A DNA stretch of 64,000 bases, from IMG/VR virus record IMGVR_UViG_3300045988_103535; one strand, given 5' to 3'. This DNA is from a virus. The position numbers were made by a program, and so were the translations under genes. The notes beneath the pieces were generated by a model. The model saw only the letters and a program-made list of their open reading frames with translations, was not told where the DNA came from and did no database searches. This document shows positions 1 to 8,285 of this stretch, one piece after another. Position 1 is the first letter of the stretch. Each line of letters opens with the position of its first letter.

Positions 1-2
1 TA

Positions 3-503
3 CTTAATATACCTAGTGCTAAAGCATTGAAAATGGTTTATTATGACTTAATAACTAGATGTGAGGAAAAATGGAGAACATGGGACGAAGTCTTAATATG
101 GATAGTTCATATGTTCGAAGTGTATGCAGGTTTTGGACTATTCAAAGAAGTATTAGGAAGTGAAACACTATCATTAGAAACAACAACTCTATGGACTCAT
201 AATTACCCAATACCAGACGATGACGAATCTGTAAGAACTATAGCTATACAAGAAGTAGAAGCTAATGTGCGTTCTCATAAATCATATATTGAAGAATATG
301 GAAACTCAGAAGACGCAGATGCAGAATTTGAGCGCATTATGGAGGAACAAGAACAAATTCAAAATATGCAAAATATGATGATGGGTGGATTTGAACCTAA
401 TAGTAATACTCAAGAAGGCGAAGAAAACGAAGAAAATGACGAAGGCGAAGAAGATGACAAAAATAATAAAGGAGAAGACAATAACAAAAACAGTAAAAAA
501 TAG
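3..503 (+). CDS. portal protein, C-terminal fragment (5' end outside window)
   Basis: The frame is open from base 3, with no stop upstream of the TTG at 27 used by the ORF track. It has an acidic E/D/N-rich tail. It lies directly upstream of the MuF-like gene and, by wrap-around, downstream of terS/terL. The assignment is positional. Confidence 0.45.
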   Translation, partial: LNIPSAKALKMVYYDLITRCEEKWRTWDEVLIWIVHMFEVYAGFGLFKEVLGSETLSLETTTLWTHNYPIPDDDESVRTIAIQEVEANVRSHKSYIEEYGNSEDADAEFERIMEEQEQIQNMQNMMMGGFEPNSNTQEGEENEENDEGEEDDKNNKGEDNNKNSKK

Positions 504-544
504 TATATAATACTTGCCAATAAATTTTTAAGGAGGTATTAGAA

Positions 545-991
545 ATGAGCAGAATGGAAAGAGAGAAAATGCATCACCAAGTTGAGGTGGTATGCGATAA
601 TTGTGCTACAAAATTAAAAGTTATGACAAAAGAGTTATATTATGACAGTAAAACAAAATTAAGAGTTGAAGGGTTTGAATGTAAACATTGCGGAGCAGTA
701 TATGTTACAGTAATATCAGACAATAAACTCAGAGCTATGATAAACAGACTTCAAGAAAAACAAGCTGAATTACAACAAGCAGTTAAATCTCAAGGTAATG
801 ACTATCAATTTTACGACATGAATAATAGAAGTATTCCGCAGGACGTAGTTAGAAGATGGCAAACTAAAATTGTCAAACTTAAAAAAGAAGTGGACTCAAT
901 GATAGACAGGAATAAAAGTTATGAGCTATTACTAAGAGAAAAATATTTATTGAAGGAGGGGGAAGTGAGGGATTATGTCTACTCAAAATGA
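545..991 (+). CDS. small zinc-ribbon protein (CxxC...CxxC), function unknown
   Basis: AAGGAGGTATTAGAAATG start context. Contains 'CDNCATK' and 'CKHCGAV' Cys pairs followed by a coiled-coil-like tail. Confidence 0.55.
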   Translation: MSRMEREKMHHQVEVVCDNCATKLKVMTKELYYDSKTKLRVEGFECKHCGAVYVTVISDNKLRAMINRLQEKQAELQQAVKSQGNDYQFYDMNNRSIPQDVVRRWQTKIVKLKKEVDSMIDRNKSYELLLREKYLLKEGEVRDYVYSK

Positions 992-2819
992 TAGTATGTA
1001 TTTATTAACTATAGATAGAGCGGCACGTAGAATAGCGAGAGATGCGTCAGAAACACAAGAACGAGACATTATGCGAGTTTATACAATGGCTTTCGATGAT
1101 GCATTTTCGGATTATTTAAAACAACTTGAGAAGGGTAAAACCCCTTCTCAACCTAATTTAACACAATGTAAATTAGCTTATATTAATCAACTTTACTCAA
1201 CTTTACAGAAACAGTCTTTAATATGTAATGAAGAAATACCTAAAAGAATTTTAAATCAATATGCTAAAGTAATGAAGGATATAACAAACAATAAAGATGT
1301 TATAGATAAAATAAATAAAAATGTCGATGTCACATCACGAAATATTGTGGAACAAATGATAAAAGGCGAAATATATAAAGACGGAGTTGGTTTAGACAGT
1401 AGACTATGGAGTGCTACAAATGCCTCAGGACGTAAAATAGAAGATGTAATTACAAGTTGTCTAGCTAGAGGTATTAGTTCAGCAGAGGCATCAAAAATTA
1501 TTAGTCAATTTGCTAAAGGCGGACATCATACATGGGATAAAAATAAAATACGAGAAAAGTTAGGAGATAAATATGCTAACAAATATGGAACGGGTGGACT
1601 TGACTATGAGGCATTAAGATTAATGAGAACAACAAATACGCACATGGCACAATTAACAGTTATGAATTCTGATAAGGTTAACCCATATAATAAATTTGTT
1701 AAATATCATACTGGACATGCTGGCAGTAGAACTTGTTCAATGTGTAGAGATAGAAATGGAAAAATATTTCCAATACATGAAGCTCCTTTAGACCACCCAA
1801 ATGGACTATGTTGGCTATCGCCTGTAATGAGTAAAGACGGCAAGACAGAAATGTCATTAGCTGATATGGTCGACGATATGAATGATTATTTTGATGGCAA
1901 ACCTAATAGTGGAGTTATGGAACAATGGACTGGCAAATCTTATCCAAGGAGAGTTGAACCTAAACCTCAACCTAAACCACAACAACCTACCGAACCTCCT
2001 AAAGCTACAATACCTAAAGGACATTTATATACTGAAGAACAAAGAGAACAAAAATATCAAGAATTAGAAACACATTTATTAGACGGAATATCAAGTATGT
2101 TAGAGACTGAACTTGTTAATAATAAAAATAAAGACAACATGATTAAGCCATATGCGAAAACAACTGTAAAAGGCATTATTGGTACTTTGAGAAAATATCC
2201 AGCTTCTATTCAAGATTTATATTTGCATACAGCAAAAGATTTAAAAATGAATTATACACCTGACGGAGCATTTTATAGTCCTATGACAGACTCAATTCAT
2301 TTCTCAGTCAAGAAAACAAATAATGATAATAGAGGACCGTATGGAACTGTATTCCATGAATGGGGGCATATGATAGATAGGCATGTTAGTTCAGAAACAG
2401 GAGGTACGGTAACTAATAGTGTGAAGGAGGAAATGTATAAAATATTAAAACAAGATGTAGAGGATAGAATTAAATATCAACAAAAGAACTCAAAGGTAAA
2501 GATAAATAAAACAGAAGCAAAGAAATTAGTTACCAGCGAATTGAATGGTGCGACTGATGGGATAGCAGGTGTGTCTGATATATACGGAGGCGTAACAGGT
2601 AATGCAGTTGTAGGACGTTGGGGTCATGCCAAAAGTTATTGGACTAGAAGGGATAAAGAAGCTGAAGTATGTTCAGAAGCTTGGGCAGATATATTGCAGA
2701 GTTATGGTATACATTATCAATCTAAATATATTGAAAAATACTTGCCAGGTGGTAAAGCATTTGTAGAGAAGACAGTTGAAGAAATAATTGAAAAAATTAA
2801 AAGAGGTGAAATAAAATGA
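975..2819 (+). CDS. MuF / SPP1 gp7-like head morphogenesis protein fused to a C-terminal HExxH metallopeptidase-like domain
   Basis: MuF hallmark 'RTCSMCRDRNGKIF...HPNGLCW'. A PQPKPQQPTEPP linker follows. The C-terminal ~250 aa carry 'FHEWGHMIDRH' (HExxH) and a downstream 'SEAWAD'. Confidence 0.75.
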   Translation: MSTQNDSMYLLTIDRAARRIARDASETQERDIMRVYTMAFDDAFSDYLKQLEKGKTPSQPNLTQCKLAYINQLYSTLQKQSLICNEEIPKRILNQYAKVMKDITNNKDVIDKINKNVDVTSRNIVEQMIKGEIYKDGVGLDSRLWSATNASGRKIEDVITSCLARGISSAEASKIISQFAKGGHHTWDKNKIREKLGDKYANKYGTGGLDYEALRLMRTTNTHMAQLTVMNSDKVNPYNKFVKYHTGHAGSRTCSMCRDRNGKIFPIHEAPLDHPNGLCWLSPVMSKDGKTEMSLADMVDDMNDYFDGKPNSGVMEQWTGKSYPRRVEPKPQPKPQQPTEPPKATIPKGHLYTEEQREQKYQELETHLLDGISSMLETELVNNKNKDNMIKPYAKTTVKGIIGTLRKYPASIQDLYLHTAKDLKMNYTPDGAFYSPMTDSIHFSVKKTNNDNRGPYGTVFHEWGHMIDRHVSSETGGTVTNSVKEEMYKILKQDVEDRIKYQQKNSKVKINKTEAKKLVTSELNGATDGIAGVSDIYGGVTGNAVVGRWGHAKSYWTRRDKEAEVCSEAWADILQSYGIHYQSKYIEKYLPGGKAFVEKTVEEIIEKIKRGEIK

Positions 2820-2992
2820 GAAAACAAACTGAGGAAAAATTAGAACAATATGCACAAAACTTTGACGACATATTTCCATTAATGCAGTACAGTTTTAGCG
2901 AACAAGAAATAGTAAATATAATAAATAAATGTATTATAAATAATAAACCAGTAGAATATTATTATCCACTTGATGACGATGTTCTATATTAA
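2816..2992 (+). CDS. 58-aa ORF translationally coupled (ATGA overlap) to the MuF-HExxH gene; possible cognate inhibitor/immunity protein
   Basis: Not in the ORF track (<60 aa). The ATG at 2816 overlaps the TGA at 2817-2819. Translates to MRKQTEEKLEQYAQNFDDIFPLMQYSFSEQEIVNIINKCIINNKPVEYYYPLDDDVLY. A terminator follows immediately. Confidence 0.4.
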   Translation: MRKQTEEKLEQYAQNFDDIFPLMQYSFSEQEIVNIINKCIINNKPVEYYYPLDDDVLY

Positions 2993-3000
2993 TCATTGTA

Positions 3001-3031
3001 GCTAGGTACTCAATAGTATCTAGCTATTTTT
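3001..3031 (+). terminator. rho-independent terminator
   Basis: GCTAGGTACT-caat-AGTATCTAGC hairpin followed by TATTTTTAT. Confidence 0.7.
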
Positions 3032-3038
3032 ATGTTTA

Positions 3039-3068
3039 GTTAACAAACTTAGGTATTTAATATATAAT
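3039..3068 (+). promoter_or_regulatory. GTTAACA-type promoter upstream of scaffold/capsid operon
   Basis: GTTAACA (3039-3045), 17 nt, TATAAT (3063-3068), then the conserved ATAAGTA. Confidence 0.6.
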
Positions 3069-3167
3069 ATAAGTAGTAGTGAACCTGGGTCACTTAAAAT
3101 TCCCTTGTATCGTGTTATATAGTTACTTTTCTCTATTCAAAAGAATCGTATAAGGAGGTATTAGAAA

Positions 3168-3857
3168 ATGAGTAAAGATATTAAAGATTTCTTGCAAGGA
3201 GTAGACAACGCAGATGCCGTTGCCAAAATTATATCTGATAACTTAAAAGATGCAAAATGTAAGTTATTCATAGACGACGGTGAGAAAAATATATTTGTAC
3301 CTAAATCTAGATTAGATGCAAAAATTGGAGAACTCAATACCGCAACTCAAACAATAACAACATTGAATGCATCAATAAAAACTCTTGAAGCTCAGGTCAA
3401 AGATGATGATAAAGCTAAAGAAACAATTCAAAGTCTACAAACAGACTTAGATAATTATAAGAAAGCATTAAAAGATAGTCAAATAGATAGCGCATTACAA
3501 TTATGTGCAGTAGAAAATAAAGCCCATGATGCAAAAGACTTAAAAGGCTTTTTAGACATGGGTAAAATCTCTATTGGAGAAAATGGAGAGGTAATAGGTA
3601 TTAAAGAACAAGTTGAAAACTTGAAAAAAGAAAAAGCATACCTATTTGAAGCTAGTGAACCTGAACCTCAACAACAAAATGGAAAAAATCCATTCAATGG
3701 TACAGGCGTGCCTGGTAAACAAGCTAGTGGCTTTGTATTCAATTCACAGACAGCACAACCTGGAGATTTCGGTAAAATGCTAGCACATCAAAATGGAGTA
3801 CCGAAGGCAGAAGAAGGTCAAAAAGTAGGACCTGAGTATTTCTTCGGTGATAATTAG
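3168..3857 (+). CDS. scaffolding protein
   Basis: Coiled-coil-rich 229-aa protein between the MuF-like and capsid genes. Strong SD. Confidence 0.6.
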   Translation: MSKDIKDFLQGVDNADAVAKIISDNLKDAKCKLFIDDGEKNIFVPKSRLDAKIGELNTATQTITTLNASIKTLEAQVKDDDKAKETIQSLQTDLDNYKKALKDSQIDSALQLCAVENKAHDAKDLKGFLDMGKISIGENGEVIGIKEQVENLKKEKAYLFEASEPEPQQQNGKNPFNGTGVPGKQASGFVFNSQTAQPGDFGKMLAHQNGVPKAEEGQKVGPEYFFGDN

Positions 3858-3881
3858 TAAATTAATTAAGGAGGAATAAAA

Positions 3882-4319
3882 ATGCCAAAATTACAAACTA
3901 GACAATATTTAGCGCCAGAACCTCAATTCTTAGCATTTCCAGACCATTATGTAAATCTACCTGGAAAAATAGAATTCGCAGAATTGGCAAAATTATATGC
4001 ATCAATGTCAAAAGCTGAAACACAAAAATTAGCAAATGTATATACTGACTCAACAAAAGTATTACCTAGAGGGTTAGCTGTTCATATAGACGGAGATGGA
4101 AAAGTAACTGCACCAGCGGCTGCAGTAACAGGTGAAGCTGATGCAGTAAAACCTAATGCAGTATTATTCAATACTATAGAATTTGGAAAATATGATGAAG
4201 CTACAGATACAGAAGTAAATGCATCTATATTAGTACATGGATTTGTAAGAGCTGATAGATTATTCGGTTCAGAAAAAGCTAATTTAGATAATGCGATGAT
4301 ATGTGTAGTAAATAAATAA
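3882..4319 (+). CDS. head decoration-like / capsid accessory protein
   Basis: 145-aa protein between scaffold and major capsid, the position of lambda D. Ala/Gly-rich beta-type sequence. Confidence 0.4.
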   Translation: MPKLQTRQYLAPEPQFLAFPDHYVNLPGKIEFAELAKLYASMSKAETQKLANVYTDSTKVLPRGLAVHIDGDGKVTAPAAAVTGEADAVKPNAVLFNTIEFGKYDEATDTEVNASILVHGFVRADRLFGSEKANLDNAMICVVNK

Positions 4320-4337
4320 TAAGGAGGGAATTTAAAA

Positions 4338-5456
4338 ATGGCAGTAATAAAAAATTTATTTGATTATATAAACGCAACTGACATAGCTGCTTATGTTACA
4401 GAAAAACCTGAAAATAAAGTCCCTTATTTTGCAGAAACATTATTCCCAGCTCAAAGACAACTGGGTACAGATATATCTTGGCTAAAAGGAGCTAATGGTT
4501 TACCAGTAGCAATACAACCTAGTGAATATGATGTTAAAGCAAGATTAAGAGAAAAAACTGGATTTGAAGGCGTAGCAACTGAAATGGCATTCTTCAGAGA
4601 AGCTACAAGAATAGGTGAAAAAGATAGACAGCAATTAAATATGTTATTAAACAACCCTGAACAACAAATGGCAATGCCTATAATAAGAAACATATTTGAT
4701 GAAGTTTCTAGATTAGTAGAAGGTGTTAGAGTACAAGGTGAGTACATGAGATGTCAATTACTAACAAGTGGTAAAATAGACGTAACTTCTGCTGACGGTA
4801 GAGTTAAATATGTATATGACTATGGTCAACAAAATTTATTCAAATGCAAAAAAGGTCAAGCAGCTTGGGGTGAAGCAAATGATACCGCTGACCCTGTAAG
4901 AGACATAATAGCTTGGTGTGATTATATGGAAACATTAAGAGGTATTAGACCAACTAGACTTGTTATGAATAGAAATACATTCTTAAATATGGTGCGTTCT
5001 CCTAAAGTTCACAAAATGATGTACCCAAACGATTCAGCATTGAACTATTTCGTGTCTGATGCTCAAGCAAAATCATTTATAGAAACAACTACAGGTTGTA
5101 CTATATTTGTATACACTAAGAAAATAACAACATTATCACATGATACAGGTATAGCAACTGGAACTCCAGTAAATCTAATACCTGACGGTAAAGTTGTAGT
5201 ATTACCACCTAGAGCTTCATTAGGTTCTACATGGTATGGTACAACACCTGAAGAAAGTGACCTTATGACAGGTTCTGATGCTCAGGTGTCAATAGTTAAC
5301 AACGGAACTGCAATAACTACTTACAAAGAAAGACATCCGGTTCAAGTTGTAACAGTAGTTTCTTCAGTTATGATACCTTCATTCGAAACAATAGACGATT
5401 GCGCAGTAGCTGATGTTACTGAAGTATCAACTGATGCTACTACAGAAATAAAATAG
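4338..5456 (+). CDS. major capsid protein (lambda E-like family)
   Basis: Size, position and N-terminal 'AVIKNLFDYINATDIAAYV...VPYFAETLFP' are typical of E-family capsid proteins. A strong terminator follows. Confidence 0.8.
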   Translation: MAVIKNLFDYINATDIAAYVTEKPENKVPYFAETLFPAQRQLGTDISWLKGANGLPVAIQPSEYDVKARLREKTGFEGVATEMAFFREATRIGEKDRQQLNMLLNNPEQQMAMPIIRNIFDEVSRLVEGVRVQGEYMRCQLLTSGKIDVTSADGRVKYVYDYGQQNLFKCKKGQAAWGEANDTADPVRDIIAWCDYMETLRGIRPTRLVMNRNTFLNMVRSPKVHKMMYPNDSALNYFVSDAQAKSFIETTTGCTIFVYTKKITTLSHDTGIATGTPVNLIPDGKVVVLPPRASLGSTWYGTTPEESDLMTGSDAQVSIVNNGTAITTYKERHPVQVVTVVSSVMIPSFETIDDCAVADVTEVSTDATTEIK

Positions 5457-5478
5457 TTTGCTCATTTTTAATATACAT

Positions 5479-5522
5479 GCCGAGGGAGGGAATGAGGTTG
5501 CCATTAATTCCCTTGGCTTTTA
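5479..5522 (+). terminator. rho-independent terminator after capsid gene
   Basis: GCCGAGGGA...TCCCTTGGC stem followed by TTTTAT. Confidence 0.6.
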
Positions 5523-5542
5523 TAATATTCGGAGGTGAGTAA

Positions 5543-5839
5543 ATGGCATTAAATGTAGAAGTAATAAAAACCATGTTAATGGAAGATAGTAATCCAATGC
5601 TAACAGAAGCACAACTACAAATGTTAGCAAGTACTTATGATAATATTAATGAAGCTTGTTATTATGGGTGCTTAATGAAAGCGTCTTCTGAAAATATTAC
5701 AATAGGTCCAATATCAATAGAAAATAATACAAATGAATTTTGGTTAAAAATGGCTGATGGATTTTATAGAAAATTTATGCGTGAACAAAATGAAGAAGGC
5801 TTAACCGGATTGGCAATGAGGCGTTCAGATGAGTTATAA
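5543..5839 (+). CDS. putative head-tail connector / head completion protein
   Basis: Position only: the first gene after the capsid terminator. Confidence 0.3.
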   Translation: MALNVEVIKTMLMEDSNPMLTEAQLQMLASTYDNINEACYYGCLMKASSENITIGPISIENNTNEFWLKMADGFYRKFMREQNEEGLTGLAMRRSDEL

Positions 5840-6215
5840 TTATAAAAAACTGCTACCAAAAATCCAAGCCACTATTGAAAAATATGGAGTAGAACTTGAT
5901 GTATATAGAGATACCTATGAGAGTGAAGTAGGAGTACAAACTTATAAATCTACCTCATTAGTAACCAAGATAATGGGTGTATTAGATAATTCTAAAAGTT
6001 CAAATTCTAATGCGCAACAAGAACAACAATTTCATCAATACTCAATTAATGGAACTTTATATTATGCATATTTCCAAGACTCACGATACTCAATAGAACC
6101 TGGCGACTATGTTGTTATAAATAATATAAAGTATATATTAGACATGCCAGTCGATATATTAGAAGTAGGTTTATTATATCAAGTGGCAGTGCGAGGTGTT
6201 AAATATGAACGTTAG
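5829..6215 (+). CDS. putative head closure / head-tail adaptor protein
   Basis: Position and size. Overlapping starts and stops with its neighbours. Confidence 0.35.
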   Translation: MSYNYKKLLPKIQATIEKYGVELDVYRDTYESEVGVQTYKSTSLVTKIMGVLDNSKSSNSNAQQEQQFHQYSINGTLYYAYFQDSRYSIEPGDYVVINNIKYILDMPVDILEVGLLYQVAVRGVKYER

Positions 6216-6552
6216 TGTTACGGTAGACGATAGAATAGTTGCTCAAAACCTTGGTGAAATGTCAGAACGCTTAAAGACTCAATTACAAGTATTAGGTCAA
6301 GCGACAGGTCAAAAAATACAAGAATATGCTCAAGAAAATGCTCCTTGGACTGATAGAACAGGAGATGCAAGACAAAGACTAAAATACAATTCTGAAATAA
6401 ATGAAAATGGGTTAACAATATCAATATTTCATCAAATGGAATATGGTATTTATTTAGAGTTATGTAATAATGAAAAGTATGCAATACTAAAAAATTCAAG
6501 AGATGCTATGCTACCTGAATTTTTAGACGCAGTCAAACATATAAGACTATAG
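6205..6552 (+). CDS. HK97 gp10-like neck/tail-attachment protein
   Basis: 'ENAPWTDRTGDARQRL' and 'YGIYLE' match the AP..TG.LR / Y..ylE signature. I prefer the ATG at 6205 (GAGGTG 6 nt upstream) over the GTG at 6196 in the track. Confidence 0.6.
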   Translation: MNVSVTVDDRIVAQNLGEMSERLKTQLQVLGQATGQKIQEYAQENAPWTDRTGDARQRLKYNSEINENGLTISIFHQMEYGIYLELCNNEKYAILKNSRDAMLPEFLDAVKHIRL

Positions 6553-6561
6553 GAGGGTACG

Positions 6562-6915
6562 ATGGTTAGAAGCACATTACATGAACAACTGAATAAGATA
6601 ATCCCAACCTACTCAGTTGGATTTGATGTAAGCACTATCGAAACAGATTGTTGTATTCTTAGAAAAAATATTGATTTAGTTGCTGTATCAAATAGCAACG
6701 CAGGTTGGGATAGTTGGACTATAGAAATTTATTCAAAACGAAGTCCATTAAGAGTTGATGAATTAATTCAATTAATTGTAAAACAACTTGAAAATACTAC
6801 TGCCGAGCTAGTATATGGAGGTGGAGCAGAATACTTTGACAGACAATATCAAGCATTTTCTTCAAGTATTCAAATAAGAACACCTAAAACATTCGGCATA
6901 AAAAATGCTAACTAA
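6562..6915 (+). CDS. putative tail completion/terminator protein
   Basis: Position between the neck genes and the major tail protein. Confidence 0.35.
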   Translation: MVRSTLHEQLNKIIPTYSVGFDVSTIETDCCILRKNIDLVAVSNSNAGWDSWTIEIYSKRSPLRVDELIQLIVKQLENTTAELVYGGGAEYFDRQYQAFSSSIQIRTPKTFGIKNAN

Positions 6916-6928
6916 AGGAGGTTAACAA

Positions 6929-7492
6929 ATGGAAATTTTATATAATATAGAGAGAGTAGATTTAACTGAACTTGACCCATCAACAGGTAAACCCGCAACT
7001 GGGGAAACTGCAATAAAAACTACAATAAAAACTGCTAAAGAAGCAAAACTTGCTGCAGTTATATCTGAAGGAGCAGAGGAAATATTAAGAAATGCTACAA
7101 GTATATTAGCAGTTGTTAGAGAAGACGACTTATTATATGGTTATGATTTTACATTTACTGATAATACATTCGATATAAAAGCTGCTCAATTAGTTGCTGG
7201 ATATGTAAAAGCAACTGGAACAGGAGCAGGCGAAAATGATTTACAGACTCCAATGATGAATCAAGGTAATACAGGTAAACCTTTCAAGGCAGAAATATAT
7301 GTAGCTAACTATGAAGGAGATAGTATTAAAAACTATTGTAAAATAACATTAAATAAATGTTTAGGTAAATTCCCAGACATGACAGTAGGTTCAGAATTCT
7401 ATGCACCTGAGTTCTCAATAAAAGCGAGAGAAAACACTAAAGCTAGTTTACCTATAAAATCAATAGCATGGGTTGATAGTTTACCCAGCTAA
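6929..7492 (+). CDS. major tail protein
   Basis: 187-aa protein directly upstream of the chaperone pair and tape measure. Confidence 0.55.
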   Translation: MEILYNIERVDLTELDPSTGKPATGETAIKTTIKTAKEAKLAAVISEGAEEILRNATSILAVVREDDLLYGYDFTFTDNTFDIKAAQLVAGYVKATGTGAGENDLQTPMMNQGNTGKPFKAEIYVANYEGDSIKNYCKITLNKCLGKFPDMTVGSEFYAPEFSIKARENTKASLPIKSIAWVDSLPS

Positions 7493-7567
7493 TGCCTCAG
7501 CTCAGAATTTAGAAGTACAAGATGAGGCTAAACCTACAGTAGAATAAAATTAGGAGGTATATTAAAA

Positions 7568-7984
7568 ATGAGTAAAGTAATAAGCGCTGAACAATTTAGA
7601 AAAAAAGCAACTAGAATAATAACAATACCTGGGTTTACAGATGACGAATGTTTCGAAGTAATGATAAAATCTGTCTCAGTTCCCGATATGTTAATTAATG
7701 GCAAGTTGCCAAATTCATTATTAAAAATAGTGTCAGATATGTTTGACTCTAAAACAGTTCAACTGGATAAAGACAAACAACCTGAGGTGAACACAAAAGA
7801 AATATTAGATGACCCAGATAAACTAAAAGAATTAGTGAATATGATGAAACTAATAGCTAAAGAAGCATTAGTCGAACCCAAATATGATGATATAGAAGAT
7901 GTATTGACTCAAGAACAAATACAAACTATATTTGAACAGGCGTCAGGTGGAGTAAAAAAAGTTATGCCCATTGATGCAGAGTAA
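7568..7984 (+). CDS. tail assembly chaperone (G-like)
   Basis: Acidic 138-aa protein directly upstream of the tape measure. It overlaps an ORF that lacks an SD. Confidence 0.55.
   Translation: MSKVISAEQFRKKATRIITIPGFTDDECFEVMIKSVSVPDMLINGKLPNSLLKIVSDMFDSKTVQLDKDKQPEVNTKEILDDPDKLKELVNMMKLIAKEALVEPKYDDIEDVLTQEQIQTIFEQASGGVKKVMPIDAE
7954..7972 (+). promoter_or_regulatory. candidate programmed +1 (or -2) frameshift site
   Basis: A7G run (7954-7961) and ATG-CCC-ATT (7964-7972). The target frame opens only after the TAA at 7953-7955. The -1 frame hits TGA at 7972-7974. Confidence 0.4.
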
Positions 7985-8228
7985 AAAAGTATTAGATGTT
8001 ATTTCTATAGCAAAAACTTTTAATGCTCTGCCAAGTGATGTAATAGGGTTGAGTAAAGATGACCCATACACAAGATATTGTTTTGATGAAGCATGCACCT
8101 ATTTATATAGTAAAATGCAACCTGACAAAGACGGACATACTCAAAAACCAATATTTGAAGAAGATAGGAAAACAAAATCTAAACATAATAATCCAGGTTT
8201 AGAATTATTATTAGGTAAAGAAAAATAA
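7971..8228 (+). CDS. tail assembly chaperone frameshift extension (T-like part of G-T)
   Basis: No SD upstream. Overlaps the end of 7568-7984 in the +1 frame. Typical position before the tape measure. Confidence 0.45.
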   Translation: MMQSKKVLDVISIAKTFNALPSDVIGLSKDDPYTRYCFDEACTYLYSKMQPDKDGHTQKPIFEEDRKTKSKHNNPGLELLLGKEK

Positions 8229-8263
8229 GGCTATGAGGCTATTTAAGCCTTGTAGCCTTTTTA
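8227..8263 (+). terminator. hairpin terminator/attenuator before tape measure gene
   Basis: AAGGCTATGAGGC-N7-GCCTTGTAGCCTT stem (two G.U pairs) followed by TTTTATT. Confidence 0.55.
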
Positions 8264-8285
8264 TTATATATGGAGGTGAATATAT

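Noticed and set aside
1882-2067. Nested + strand ORFs in alternative frames: 1882-2067, 9347-9547, 12894-13130, 20531-20728 and 44461-44664.
   Set aside because: They lie entirely inside longer ORFs with recognisable domains (MuF, TMP, Dit, fibre, QueT). They have no SD and low-complexity translations.
7954-7975. Canonical -1 frameshift on the A-AAA-AAG heptamer for the tail chaperone.
   Set aside because: The -1 frame reaches TGA at 7972-7974 after about 5 codons. Only the +1/-2 frame continues into the 85-aa extension.
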